A DNA stretch of 64,000 nt, from contig JAUZTB010000001.1 of the NCBI GenBank assembly GCA_034780895.1, positions 65,772,407-65,836,406 on the forward strand, given 5' to 3'. The stretch comes from Rhynchobatus australiae (taxonomy: Eukaryota). Below are positions 25,035-38,500 of the stretch, piece after piece. The notes below the pieces were generated by a model that saw only the letters and a list, made by a program, of their open reading frames with translations, was not told the DNA's origin and made no database searches. The number at the start of each line of letters is the position of its first letter. The stretch's first letter is position 1. A program made the position numbers and the translations under genes.

Positions 25035-26130
25035 CCTCCCTACATATTGCTTCAGAAAACCTTCGTAAATGTATTTCACCAATTTCTCCCTGTAAAAAAA
25101 AAAGCCCTATGCACAAAGCCAATCCCAGTTGATATTGGAAGGTTAAAGTCCCCGACTACTACAACCCTGTTGCTTTTTCACCCTTCTGTGATTTGTCTAC
25201 ATATCTTCTTCTAATTCCTACAAACTGTTGAGAGGTCAATCGTATAACACCAACAAAGTTATCACCCCTTTTTTGTTCTTAAATTCTACCCATAGAGCCT
25301 CATTGGCCGATCCCACTAGGATCTTAAACAGGTCAGTCCTGCCCCAAAGAGATCACAATGACCTAAAAACCTGATGCCCTCTCTCCTGCACCAGCTCTTT
25401 AGCCATGCATTTATCTGAGCTATCTTCCTATTTCAATACTCACTCGCACGTGGCACAGGGAGTAATCCTGAGATTCCAACTCAAGCAATCTTGCTTTTTA
25501 ACTTTCTACCTAACTCCCTAAATTCTCCTTGCAGGGCACCATATCTCTATTCTTAACAATGTCATTAGTACCTATATGGCTGCTCACCCTCCCATTTCAG
25601 AATGTTTTGTGCATGCCTGGAGACATCCTTAACCCTGGCAGCAGGGAGGCAACACGCCATCCTGGAGTCTCACTGTCAGCCACAGAACTGCCTGTCTGTC
25701 TTCCTGACTATCAAGTCCCATATCACTGCTTATCTGGACTTCTATTCTGTACAGCAGAGCCAGTCATAGTGCCACCAATTTGGCTGATATATCTTTCCTC
25801 ATTTACACCGCTCCCCCCACCCAACAGTATGCAAAGCTGTACACCTATCAGAGAGAGGACTAGCCACAGGGAGCTCCTGCACTGCCTGCTTGCCTCTCCT
25901 GGTGGTCACCCACATACTCTTTGGCTGAACCTGTGATCTGAATCTCCTATCTATGCCATCTTCTGCCTCCTGTATGCTCCTCAATGAGTCCAACTGCTGC
26001 TCCAACCGATCCATGTGATCAAAGAGGAGCTGCAGCTGGACACACTTCCTGCAAGCATTGTCGTTGGGGACATTTGACTTCTCCCTGATCTCCCAGATTT
26101 CACAGGAGAGCATACCACTACGCTGGCTGC
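25035..26130 (-). mobile_element. CR1 LINE 5' region (ORF1 zinc-finger/zipper plus start of ORF2), decayed
   Basis: ORF 25799..26113 (SCEIWE...CRKCVQLQLL..MDRLEQQLDSLRSI) is CR1 ORF1-like. Endonuclease remnants (WVEFKNKKG, VVVGDFNLP) near 25120-25300. Confidence 0.85.
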
Positions 26131-29100
26131 CATTTCTATCCCTTAATTTACTATTAGTTTAAAAGAAAAGATCTTGTCACCGTTCAGCCTTCTTGCCAAA
26201 GCCTCTGCACTTCAACCACAAAAGAGCCTTTCTCAAAATGGCTCCTCCAGCTAGAGCTTGCCTCTTTTATATGCTGTTCCTGCTAGTAGGAAAAAAAATC
26301 ACTTTGCCTTACTTTGCATTGTCTCTAAACTCCCTGCTGCTGTGAAAGATTAGCCATGATCTTATTGAATGGCAACACAGGCACAAAGGGCCAAATGCCA
26401 TACAACGGTTTATGTTTCTTATGCTCTTATATTTTCTTTTGAAGGTGCTTAAATTGGGGTTCTTTTTCCTTGTGTTAAAGGGTGGTGCAAACTTGGTTAA
26501 AGTTCAGGATATCAATGCATAAGATTTCATCAGTTCTGTCTTCATTACCAGAAATATTTTATTGGCTTCCCTAACTCAATTGACAAGCAATTTTTAATGT
26601 ATTAAAATGTTTTAGAATATGATTCCTTAGTCTATACTAATTGCAGCACCACTGGTTTGGGGAGAGAAATATCAGGTGCAGAATTTGTTGCTGATCACTA
26701 CTTGGGGAACTAAAAAAAAATCCCAAACAGTATGTTCTGGTAGATAATAAGTATATAAGACTTGGTCATTAAATGTATTGTAATTGGTTATCAGTTGCAT
26801 TCATTGCAATTCTATCTCCAAATATCCCTGAATTGAAATGTCTTTTAAAGGACTGTTTGTTCTATGTGTACTAAAATACACGCATTAATGTTATTCCTTC
26901 CTGATCAGTAGAGGAATTAATGTGCAGGATAATCAAGCTTTTATGCTTCCCATTTATATTTCAAAGAGCATGTACATGTATCATATGTTTAAAGAGGTGG
27001 TTTGATATGAGGCCTGGCTAGGCTGAATGCTCTTCAGCCAATAGTATTTAGGTTGTGGGGAGTTGGGTGGCATTAGTGGGTGGGGGGGGGTTGGGGAGGA
27101 GAGGTTGGAAGTTGGAGTTGGTGGGGAAGAGTACCATGTAGAAGTCATTATAGGTGGACTGTTTGAGATAAAGCAAGGCTATTAACCCAACCTCTGCAAA
27201 TTAAACCCAGTTTCTTCCTGTCTCTGTTTAGTAGTCTTGTACTCTCTCACCCAGGCTTACTTCAGCCCCTTCTCTCTGTTGCCATGTTTTTCCCATTACC
27301 TGGGAAAATGGCCTCATTAGTATCACTCTTATTGTATTGTATTTAACTGAAAGCACCAGAGTCTACAGTCTGATGGACTCATCACTTCACACACTGAGAT
27401 GCTACAATATCACTAAGTCTTCAAGAGGAGCTGTGATTTGGAACATTACAGTAATAACCAAAAGAAAACCTACATTAAAAATGAATCTGAAACTGTTCAT
27501 TTTTTTTCTCTTTCCAGATCACTCTTGTCTTTTGCTCTCTATTACCAGTGCAGTTAAACTCCAATAATCCGCATTCCAATTGTTCAAAGATCCAAATGGT
27601 TCAGCATCTGGCTTAGGAGGTGCTGATGACCACCTTCCTCTCCACATATTGGGGCCTGGAATTCCTGCCCTCCCCTCCATGCACCAGGGCCCAGGGTTCC
27701 TGTGCTCCCCTCCACGCACTGGGGATAGAAATACCGAGTGGACAATCCATTGCCGATCAGTACTCAGGAAGAAGTTCTGATTTGGAATTGGAACCTTTAG
27801 CTGAGTTGCAGTTCCAGCAATATTGGGAATAGGGCAGAGCTTCTGAGTGTGAGATGGATCAAATGGTGCTGGCAAGTTATTCAAGCACTGGGACTGGAAT
27901 ACTAAGCCCGCTGTTATAATTGTTCAACGTCTTTCTAGCTTGGGTCACTGAACATTGACCATGAGTCAGAATGCTGGAGTTGCTCAAAAAAGGTCGTCCA
28001 GGTCCTCAATTAAGTTATGTTGTGATTCTTTGGAAATGAATAAGGTTAATCTTTACACAGCACACAGCCAAATCTTTTCAGAATTATTTCGAATACCTTA
28101 TAAAGTTGAGAATAACATTTCCTTTTTTTAATGCCGCTGGCAGGATCTATTGCTGTACTNNNNNNNNNNNNNNNNNNNNNNNNNNNNNNNNNNNNNNNNN
28201 NNNNNNNNNNNNNNNNNNNNNNNNNNNNNNNNNNNNNNNNNNNNNNGGTTTGTGGTTTTGGGGGAGGAAGCAATTCAGAATGGAACTACTATCGTGGTTT
28301 TATTTGGCAGTCTTTAAATCCATACTTTGTGAGTGGTTTATTGGATTATGTAGAACAACTCTGTATGGAGTAAATTTGTTTGCACTATTCCTGTCCGAGG
28401 ATATCCATACTTGAGTTCAAACAGTGCATGACTTTTATGGTATGCTGACTGAATATACATTTTAACGTAATACATAATATAATACTTGCTCAGTGATTTT
28501 TTCTGGATATCCTGAGGTTTGCTCATGGTGTTGACCTAACTGCCACTTTCACATTTTCTCAAGAATGGACAATAGGGAAATGTTCTTTGCATATTGTATC
28601 ACATCCGGTTGCTGGAGTTTGAATGGACATGAGTACTACATACCTATTAAATTTTGATAACAACCATAATTTTAGCTATCCATAGCATAGGCTTCATGTA
28701 ACAGAATCACATAAAATCAATATCTTCTTTGTTGTAAGTTAGTTGATCTATCAAATCAATGCTGAGAGTGGCATTAGTTTTCCACAGTCCTGGACTAGGG
28801 AATGAAGAAGAACATAAATTTGAACTATATATTGGATTCTAGATGAGTATAAGGAACAGATCAACTAACAGTTCTTTGTGCTCCAAGTAGAATCCAGTGT
28901 AATTTTAACTTTGGATAATTCGTAGTGTTTTCTCTCTCTGTTTACTTGTAGCATATACATATCACAACTTTTGCACAACCAAACATGCATAAAGATCTTT
29001 CCTTTTGTCTATTTGCAAGTGCATTTTGCTGGCAAATTTGGGTCTGGACCTCTGCTTTTACTTCCAGTATATTTCCTACTTCTTTTATTGGGATCTTTCG

Positions 29101-29889
29101 CAGGCCTTTGTCAACTCAGTGCCTTCCCTTATCTCACCCCTCTTTGATTCCTGCCCGATATCTTCATCGGACTTTGTTCTTCCAGCTCTGCTGCCTTGCA
29201 CGGTGTCTAACATAGTGTCAAACTTTGTATACAAGACAGCAGAGCTTGACTTGGTTGATTGCATTAACATTGAGACCTTAATGTTAACTTGCCTGATGCT
29301 TTAAACAATGTCACCCTGTTTTCCCAAACATCTTTGCCTAAATTTCTACCTTATGTTTTACTCAGTCATGATGGTTCTGTGGATCAGTCTTGATCAACTG
29401 TTCATATATCCCAGGTTCTCAGATTAGAACAAAATGGTGTTCATCGTCAGTTCTAGCTACACCACATATAACATTGCATACTGCATTCATTTTCCAAAAT
29501 TGATCACTATTCCAGGATCATCATGCATTTATGCCTTTACTCTATATTGTTGTCTGAAATTTCTCTTCCCTGTCTCCACTTTTACCTTCAATAGAAAATG
29601 CTAGGAACTCACGGCCACAAAGCTTGAAACCCTTTTTTGTTAGCCCTCTATTCCCTTGGCCTTGCAGGCCAAAAGTGTAAGATTTTCCCAAGTGACAAAC
29701 TTGCATCTTTCTCTTGTTCCTGTCAGTTCTCTCTTTGTGTGTTTTCTGAGCTCATTACATCCATCAGACCTATGTACCTCCCCTTCTCTTCCATGCCATT
29801 ATTTCAAGGAAAAATAGGCAATATTTTTTTCCTCAGCCATCATCCCTAACGCAGGTGATCTGGTTGTGATCATGTTTCTGCAATAAAGA

Positions 29890-30090
29890 TGAAGATTTTT
29901 GGAAATACTCAGTAATTGGGCAGCATGTGTAGATAGAGGAACAGACAAAAGTGGTGGGGATTGGGAGGGTGTAGGGTCTCGCCACTTTTTCTGTATTTTA
30001 AATTCGTGGGCCTGAAACACTTCTTTCTCTGTGGATGCTGCCTGATCCTGCTGAATATTTCAGCAGCACCTGCCTTTATTTCGGCATCCA
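29890..30090. repeat. Palindromic Penelope-like terminal repeat
   Basis: ggaaatactcag..gggcagcat versus gatgctgcctgatcctgctgaatatttc inverted arms. Confidence 0.55.
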
Positions 30091-31220
30091 CAATATTTTA
30101 CGTATACTTCAGAAGGACCATTGAATGTAAAGGGGCGTCCTGAAAGGCATGATACAAATGTAGGTTTGTATTCCTTAAATATCAGGAAAACCCAAAGTCC
30201 TTTGGTGTCTGAGGTGAACTCCAATCCTTAGCTGGTGACTCAAACCTGCATTCTATTTTCTCTCCTAGTCTTCTCAAAGCTTTTGCTTGCGACATAGCAC
30301 ATGTGAAATTGTTTCTGATAGCTGTCTAGTGACCTCTACTGAAAGCTGCCTGTATGTGTATCTAATGCAAATACGAGATGGGCTTTGGTTGTCAAGGTTT
30401 CCTGCCTTTGAAATTTAGTCTCTNNNNNNNNNNNNNNNNNNNNNNNNNNNNNNNNNNNNNNNNNNNNNNNNNNNNNNNNNNNNNNNNNNNNNNNNNNNNN
30501 NNNNNNNNNNNNNNNNNNNNNNNCTGATCCCATTTTGAGCCACAGCCTGAGAGAATTGATGTGCATCTTATCTAAAACTGGTCAGATGACTGAAAATATG
30601 TATCCGCGGAGCAGAACACAAAAATAAAAGAGCATGGGAAATTGGAGATGATGTTTATGTATTTTTGTTAATTGTTAATGTAATTTTTGAGGCATAGCAT
30701 TGAGATGGATAGATGCTTCCCTATGCAGCTTTACATACCTCCAGCTCTCCCTGGGGTCATTCAGTTGCTACTATCTTGTGGTATGATGTTTATTACTGGG
30801 TGGGGTAATAAGCAACCATTTCTATTCATTTTACCTTGCTTTGTATATTGGCCTGGTCTTCCTGAGCCCTTGTATATTCTACTTATTCCATGTGAGATTA
30901 AAGACCACTTTGTGATTAAGAAAAGTAAGCCTTCTGCTTCACCACCCCCCCCCCACCTCTATCATCTATCGGTGTCGTAGTAAATGCCTTACTTATTGCA
31001 GATTCCTTAAAGTTGCAAGGTTAGAGGAATATAGATTTAAGAGCAGTATCTTTTCTTGGAATGCAAAATGGCCATCCTCACTCCAGATAGGACTCGTCCA
31101 ACCCAGGTGACAGGTTTCCATCCCTGTTGATCAGTGCCAGAAGTCAGCATAATTTCTGATGATCATCAAGGGGACATTTTTTTTCTTTGCCTAATTTTAT
31201 ATGTGTTGTGTTTCTTTCAG

Positions 31221-31768
31221 AGGCTCTGAGCCAAGGCGATGGTGTGGATCTGGATGCACTCATGGCAGATCTCTGTTCTATGGAACAGGAACTCAGCAGT
31301 ATCAGTAAGGAACCTTCCAGACAAGACAGTGTGAAAAAATCTCTCAAGGAGGTGGTACCTGGTAAGATGCACAGCAAAGAAACCAAACCAGCTCAGAAAC
31401 AATCCATCAATCAAACTACTTCTAAGCAGGGAAGTTTGAAAGGATCTTTAGCTAGAAGCCCAAAATCTTTGCATTCCAACTTTTCTTTGGATGATATCAC
31501 TGCCCAACTGGAACAAGCCTCCCTCAGTATGGATGAAGCAGCACGCCAGGCCAGCACCATGACACATGATATAAAGCCCACCGTATCCAGTCAACATCGA
31601 CGAACGGGATCAGCTGGAACTGTCAGTGATGCAGATATCCGCTCAACTAGTACTTCATCTCGATCCAGTATTACTTCTGCTACATCAAGCCAGGATTCTT
31701 TGGACATTGACAAGGTTACTCGACCGCAGGATCTCGATTTGAACCAGCAAGGTCAACCCACAACAGAG
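31221..31768 (+). CDS. RAPH1: RAPH1 large N-terminal exon (EALSQGDGVDLDALMADLCS...QGQPTTE)
   Basis: tttctttcAG acceptor (phase 1) and GAG|GTATTA donor (phase 0). Lies within ORF 31187..31783. Motifs VDLDALMADL, SLDDITAQLEQASLSMDEAA, HRRTGSAGTVSDA and SLDIDKVTRPQ are those of RAPH1. Confidence 0.97.
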
Positions 31769-32439
31769 GTATTAAAGAGATAATTGCTTCTGTATAGTTT
31801 GTTATGCCATTGTGTTATGTGCAAGTTTGAATAGTATCCCCATTGGAGAACTATAAATGACAGTAGAAAGGCAGAGCAAGTTGAGAGCTCTGGCAGCCTG
31901 CTATCCTTGGCATATCATGAACTATAAGCAAGATCACTGTTTTACCAAATATTTCTCTTGTCACCCTGCTTTTTCTATATCCTGGTCCCTTCAAGTGTGT
32001 GCAGTTAAAAAGGATTTTCTCTTTGTTGCTGATTTATATATTTGAATACCCAACTAGCCAGTCTATAATAAACTGAATTAGTCACAGATATAGGAGGTTT
32101 GAAACATGGATTTGGATATATACCACAGTTCAATTCGTGTGTGTAAGGTAGGACAACGTTTTGTCTGGAGATGGTGGGAGATAGCATTTCACTTAAATTT
32201 GAAGTTTGTATTAGCATAGTTTATCATGCCTTGGTGTAACTAATGTGTCTGGTTCATTTGTCAGTCTTTGCTGACTGATCTCTGCCTGAATGAGTGCAGG
32301 GCACCATGTATAACTGCATCATGAAGGGAGAAATCAGCCAGTTTCTAATTCTGATCATGATTCATTAACTTCAGGATGTCAAGCTGGGGACAGATCAGAC
32401 TTGGCCATGATACCTCTATGGTTAAATGTGAAATTACAG

Positions 32440-34645
32440 AATTATAGAACAATCCAACATCATAGCAGGCCATTTGGTGCATTGTGACTGTGCTGGACAT
32501 TTGAAAGAGCTGTACCTTTGCTCTTTCCTCAAAGACCTGCAGCACCTTCCTTTTCAAGTAAATATTAAGCTCCCTTTGGAAGATTCTGCTAAATATTTGA
32601 CCACTTCTTAAATCACTTCACTCCAGATCATTTTTAAATCACAAAATAGTGTCAAAAAATTCTCTTCTGCCTTTTAGTTCATTTGCTATTTACTTTAAAC
32701 CTTTGTGCTCTGATTATTTATCCATATGCTGCTGGAAGCAAGAAACCTTTATCAAATCTCACCTTAAACTTCTCAGTTCCAAACAAAATAGACCCAGCTT
32801 CTTTAGCTTTTCCAAGTTTTTCATTCCTGGTATTAAATATTTTCTGCAGCTCCTTCCCCTGTGTCTTTGCTGTCCTCCGTAAAGTATGGGCTCAAGATTG
32901 GTGTTCAGCTGGGAACAAGCGAGTGACTTATAAAGATCTAACGTGGTTTCCTTACATACTTGCATGTAGCAAGACATGGGCAACGTTTAGGCAAAGGCTG
33001 GTGTCAGACAATGATCACCTCCAACAAGAGAGAGTTTCTCTTCCTTGATATTCACTGGAATTACCATCATTGAGCTCCCCATCTATTAACATCCTGAAAA
33101 GGTGTCCATTTACCAGAAACTCAATGGGATCAGTAACATAAATAGTGTGGTTACAAGACCAGGTCAGTGACAGGGTATCCTTTGGCAAATAACTTATTTG
33201 CCAAATGGGTTCCAAAAGCTTTCCACCATCTGAGACATGTCAGAAGTGTAATAGAATACACATTTGCCTCGTTGAATGCAGCTCCAAGGGTACTTGAAGC
33301 CAAAGATATCCAAGACAAAGCAGCCTACTTGATTAGCACACCATCAACTTCCTCAAGCATTGACTTTCTCTATCACAAACCATTATTAGCCTGCACCATC
33401 CACAAGATGCATCATAGCAACTTGCCAACAGCACTTGTACCCATAACTTCTACTCCCTAGTACAATGGTCGCAGGCCATGTGGAAATGTATCGCCATTCC
33501 TTCATTACCCCAGAACTTCCTACTAATACCATCAAAGGAGTACCTTCATCACATAAAATTCAGATGTGCAAGAGGACCTCTCATCAAGCATTTTCTTAAA
33601 GGGAAATCAGAAATTAACAATAAACTTTGGTCTTGCCAACGATGTCCATATCCTGAGGTTCTTTAAAAGGAAAGGTTGCTACTATTTTCTCACTGTTTGT
33701 TAAATTCTGTGTTGTATCATCTGAATACATTGAAAAACATCTTGCATTCCCTAAACCAGGTCTTTTGCTTATTTCAAGAAGTTCAATGATCTCTGAGGGT
33801 CCCTACTGAAGACTTTCCTCCAGCCTGAGAAATATGCAGTCACCATCACTCTTTGCTATCTGTCCTGTAACCAGTTTTCAGTGCACAGAACCATTGCCTG
33901 ATTAATCTCGGGTTTTTGCTAACAAGCCAAGCTTCTGGTAACTTGAAAGTCCAAACACATCAGCTCCATAACCTTAACTCAACAAATAAAACTAAGCAGT
34001 GCCACATCTTGTAATTCCTTTTTTGGGGGTTCAAGAACATTCAGCACTCCACGCAGAAGGAGATCAATAACTTCAGGAAAAAAATTGAACGTGTACAGTC
34101 AGCATGAAAATATATAAACACTGACTAAGCATCACTGCACCATTACTTCCTGTGGTAACAGTACATGTGAGGCTGCTCACCATAACCTGTTTTCTCTGAG
34201 CTGTGTTCATGAGAGTCTAGACTGTTTGGCTTTATATTCCTTGGAGTTTAGAAGAATGAGAGATGACCTTATGCAAATATATAAGATCCTAAGGACAGGG
34301 TAGATGTTGAAATGTTTTCACTAGTGGGAGAATCATGAATAAAGAGACATAACTATAAAATATGGGACCAATAATTTCCAACTGAGTTGCATCAAAATTT
34401 CTCTGAGGGTAATAAATCTCTAGAATTCTTTGCCCCTGTGGTTGGTGGAGGCCAGATCATTAGATATATTTAAGGTGGAGGTAGATAATACTTGAAAGAT
34501 TGAGGGATATTTGGAACTGGCACGGAAGAGGAGTTGAGGCCAGCATAGATCAGCCATAACCATATTGTAATAGAACTATAGAAAACTACAGCACAGAAAA
34601 CAGGCCATTCGGCCCTTCTAGTCTGTGCCAAAACATTATTCTGCC
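32440..34645. mobile_element. Cluster of CR1-group fragments in both orientations
   Basis: Minus CR1 at 32440-32870 and 33730-33960. Plus LINE at 32960-33660 (VRSVIEY, IQDKAAYLI). Plus CR1 3' end at 34220-34565. Short, well-preserved minus tail at 34570-34645. Confidence 0.7.
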
Positions 34646-35324
34646 ACATTATTTATATCTGCCACATAATCTGTCACATTATTTATACAATTCTGTGATA
34701 ACTTCTATGTTTGGTTAGTCTTTGAAATATTCATGCCAAATCTTGCTGACAGATCCAAAATCACCATTGTTCAGCCATTCAAAATGAACAGACAGGTACA
34801 CACATATGATGAAATGGGGAAATTCAGGTGTTGATGAAAGATTTGGAGGTTGAATCTATGAGTTTGCCCAACCATTGGCCTACACAAGGAGTAATCTAAA
34901 CACATAATTATTTAAAAATATAGTATTTCTTTTACTTAAATTTTAATAGTTCAAAAAATAAAATCACTGAAATGAGGTCTCGATTCAGAATAAAAAATAC
35001 AATTTTCATTTATGTAGCACTGAAAATAGATTACATCATGCCACTAAATTTCTAAGCCACAGAGTATAAAGTCACATTAACTTTGTTGTATTGTTTAATG
35101 AAAAATAATTTGACCTCAAACTTCTGAGCAACCAGAACTTAAACAAGTACCCAGAAATTGCACAGCCAAAACTGGTCTATTTACCCAGTAGCAAATTCAT
35201 TGACATAAAGTGATTGACAACTACTTTCAGAAGCCTGCCAAATTTAACCATGTAAATGACCCGTCTCTTGCACTTCAAATGGAGACAGCACCAATATTAA
35301 AGCAAATCTACAAAAACCGACTCA

Positions 35325-35510
35325 TGCCGGAAATCTAACATAAAAACAGAAAATGCTAGAAACACAGCAGGTCTGGCAACACCTGTGGAAAGAGTTAACA
35401 TTCCAGGTTATCTTACAAAGGGTCTTGGGCCAGAAACGTCTCTGTTTCTCTTTCCACAGAGATTGTCTTGGCTGTTGAGAGTTTCCAGCATTTTCCGTTT
35501 CTATTTCAAT
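35325..35510. repeat. Palindromic Penelope-like terminal repeat
   Basis: aaacagaaaatgctagaaac...ctgtggaaagag versus ctctttccacag...gtttccagcattttccgttt inverted arms. Confidence 0.65.
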
Positions 35511-38500
35511 GTAAAAGCAGTATGTTATAAAGGATAAAACAACCCTCCAACTCTAACTGAAGAAGCAACACAAAAGGATGAGTCTACTTGACCTCATCCT
35601 TATCTTGTTTGTCTGAGAGATCAGCTAAATTGGTAAACTCATAACGTTAATTAGAGCTTAGTTCTTGCTTTGCATAGTTCAATACCAGATTCCAAGGTAA
35701 GAATCCTTGTACATTTATTTGTAGAAACAGTTTGCATACATTTTTTAAATAAGGCTGAACCAATGAGATTTTAAGTATATTTTAAGTGGGCATGTAAGAG
35801 GTAGAGTTTTCCAAGGACATTGCAATAATGAGTTCTGCTTACGTTGTGCTTTTCCCTTGCACTAATCTGTTCACATTTTCAAGTTTCTCTCTTTCACATC
35901 CTCCAGTCCCAGAAGCAAAGCTCCAAAGACCATCTTTAAATTTAAATTTTGGAAATGGATTTTTTAAACTTCTGAGAATAGTTCAGAGGAGGCACTTGAA
36001 AGTGATTCTTAAGTTGAAGCTCTCTACCAAGGAGATAATATTTTGTGGTACATATTGGCAATGAGCAGAATGTAAGCAGAGAGAAAAAATGGGAATTTTA
36101 TGCATTTGCTCATAAACAAAATAATAAAGTTGTAGCAAAACCTTGAAAACAGAATGGCTCTCTCATATCTGCTCTCTGTTAGGAGGATAGCATATAATAG
36201 CATTAGAGATAACCCACTACAGTCAGGATCACACAAGATGTCATTTGCAACTTTATTACAGAAGACCTATTAGTTAAATTGAAGGAATTCAAAGTGGAAG
36301 CTACAGGAGAGATAAATTAAAGGGAAAGTGTGAAGTTTGGGGTTGTGGGGAGGGAGGGGTGCGCAATGATAGTAGTGATCAGCAAGAATGGACCATTCAA
36401 AAGGGGTTGACGTTTACAGATTTAAAAGAAAGGAGTAGAATCTGAAGAGGGGAGAGAGAATGAAACTTCTGAAAAAGAAAGCTAGAGAACTAAAGCCAAA
36501 GTAGGAAGCTTTTTTTTCCCCCTGATCTTTCCCAATCACTTGGAACTGCATCTGCACTCGCCCATTTGTACACAGGAATTCTCACTGACAGCAGAAAGTC
36601 AGGAATATTATCCCCTTTGTTCAAGTAGGAAGAGAATTTGGAAAGGGGGAGTCCAGAGTCTAAAATTATGCCCAATCATTTCAGCTGCAAGAAGAATGTA
36701 CTGAGTTGTAAAAAATGGCCAAAGAAAATTTCTCATTCACTATGATAAACAGTCATTATTGAACTAGATAGCAAGCGTCTGATTAAAGCATTTAATGCTC
36801 CTATACCAATGCTCTGAATTTAGTTCTGATGATTACAATCTGGTAATCAATGACACAAAACAAGAACTAAACCCTCATTAAGATTATTAGCTTACTACCT
36901 TAGTTGAATCCTCAGAGAAACCACACAGGGAGTGNNNNNNNNNNNNNNNNNNNNNNNNNNNNNNNNNNNNNNNNNNNNNNNNNNNNNNNNNNNNNNNNNN
37001 NNNNNNNNNNNNNNNNNNNNNNNNNNNNNNNNNNGTCCACTGCATTTTACCTTTTTAAAAATTACTTCAATCTGTCAATTTATTTTTGGTCCAAAATTTA
37101 CCTTGTTATTGTTTATGGAACCTGGCTGTGTGCAAATTATCTGTAATGTTTTCTTGTGTTTATACCTGGGCAATATGTGAGAACTTCATGGGAATCTGTT
37201 GAATGACATGTAGAATACAATGTGCAATCATTGAGTTGAATACTTATATCCTTATTTAATGTGACTAACTTTTCTTTGAAGAGAAGATAATTTTCGAAGT
37301 CCATGTTGTGTAGAGTAACAGAAATTATAACATGTTAGTCCAAACAACTTGAAGGGCCTTTATCCTCAATGTGATCAGTAAGCTGAATCACCCTTTCACT
37401 TCATTATCTTGTCCCCTCTACTCAACAAGTAATCTGGGCAAAGAAAAATCCAATTCTACCAAGGGAGTTTGAGAAATTGAAATCTGCTAATAAATTTTAA
37501 AAGTCTACAATCTTAAAAATAAATAAACTTGTAAAAGTGACCATGATGTCGTTACTTTGACACAAAACTGGTAAATCTACACTCTTCAGAGGAGGAATAT
37601 TTCTCTCCTTTTACTATACATGGCCCATACCAACTTGAGTGAGCTTTAAATCCAGTGAAATAACCTAGTAAGGTACTCAGTTGCATCAACCTCTAGAGCA
37701 ATGGTTAAAGAAGGCAGTCTATCACCACCACTGGGCAATGAGCTGGACNNNNNNNNNNNNNNNNNNNNNNNNNNNNNNNNNNNNNNNNNNNNNNNNNNNN
37801 NNNNNNNNNNNNNNNNNNNNNNNNNNNNNNNNNNNNNNNNNNNNNNNNCAAACAAAGACTGGCAAAACCTACATCCTGAATATAAAGTTTAATAAATGTC
37901 AGTGAAGTCTCTTCATTCGAATTCTGCCGGTGCACTCCTCAGTCTATCAAAGGTGTATGGAGAGAACATTAGCAACATGAAGCAAACCTTGGTAATTTTG
38001 AATGAAATAGAAACACTTGCTGCTATCTTGTTGGCTTGCAAGCATTAAACCCTGCCCAACAGCAGGAATTGTTAATAATATCTGACTAAATTTCCACTGG
38101 GTTTGAGAGGAAGGCAGTGAATCTAAATTAATATCAAGCTACAATTCCAAAGTATTTATTTGGATTATAATTCTGCAGTCTATTTCCTAGACAGTAAACA
38201 GTGGCTGAATATATGACTACAAATTGTATCACTGCCTAGTCTAATCTTACTGCCCAATGTCCATATTGTCTCTCTACTGTGATCGAGTGTTTGAATCCAT
38301 GTTGATTTCCCCCCTCCTGGCATAGTACGCAATGTTGATTGTGGCACTTGGGTTGAAATTAGTATAATGTGAGACAAATTGGGAATTGATAAGGGACCTC
38401 CTTAGCTATTGATTAAGCTGCTGTGTATTTAGTCAGATAATATATCAGCAATTTGAACTGAACATGACTCTGTTGAGCTGTTGCGTCTCCAGTCTCCTGG

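Noticed and set aside
25529-25936. 135-aa plus-strand ORF
   Set aside because: Antisense shadow of CR1 ORF1.
30268-30330. Pyrimidine-rich acceptor-like site as a candidate for the missing RAPH1 exon (also 27517 and 28951)
   Set aside because: Downstream translations show no similarity to the expected SLDSDKP...NFSYRFS peptide.
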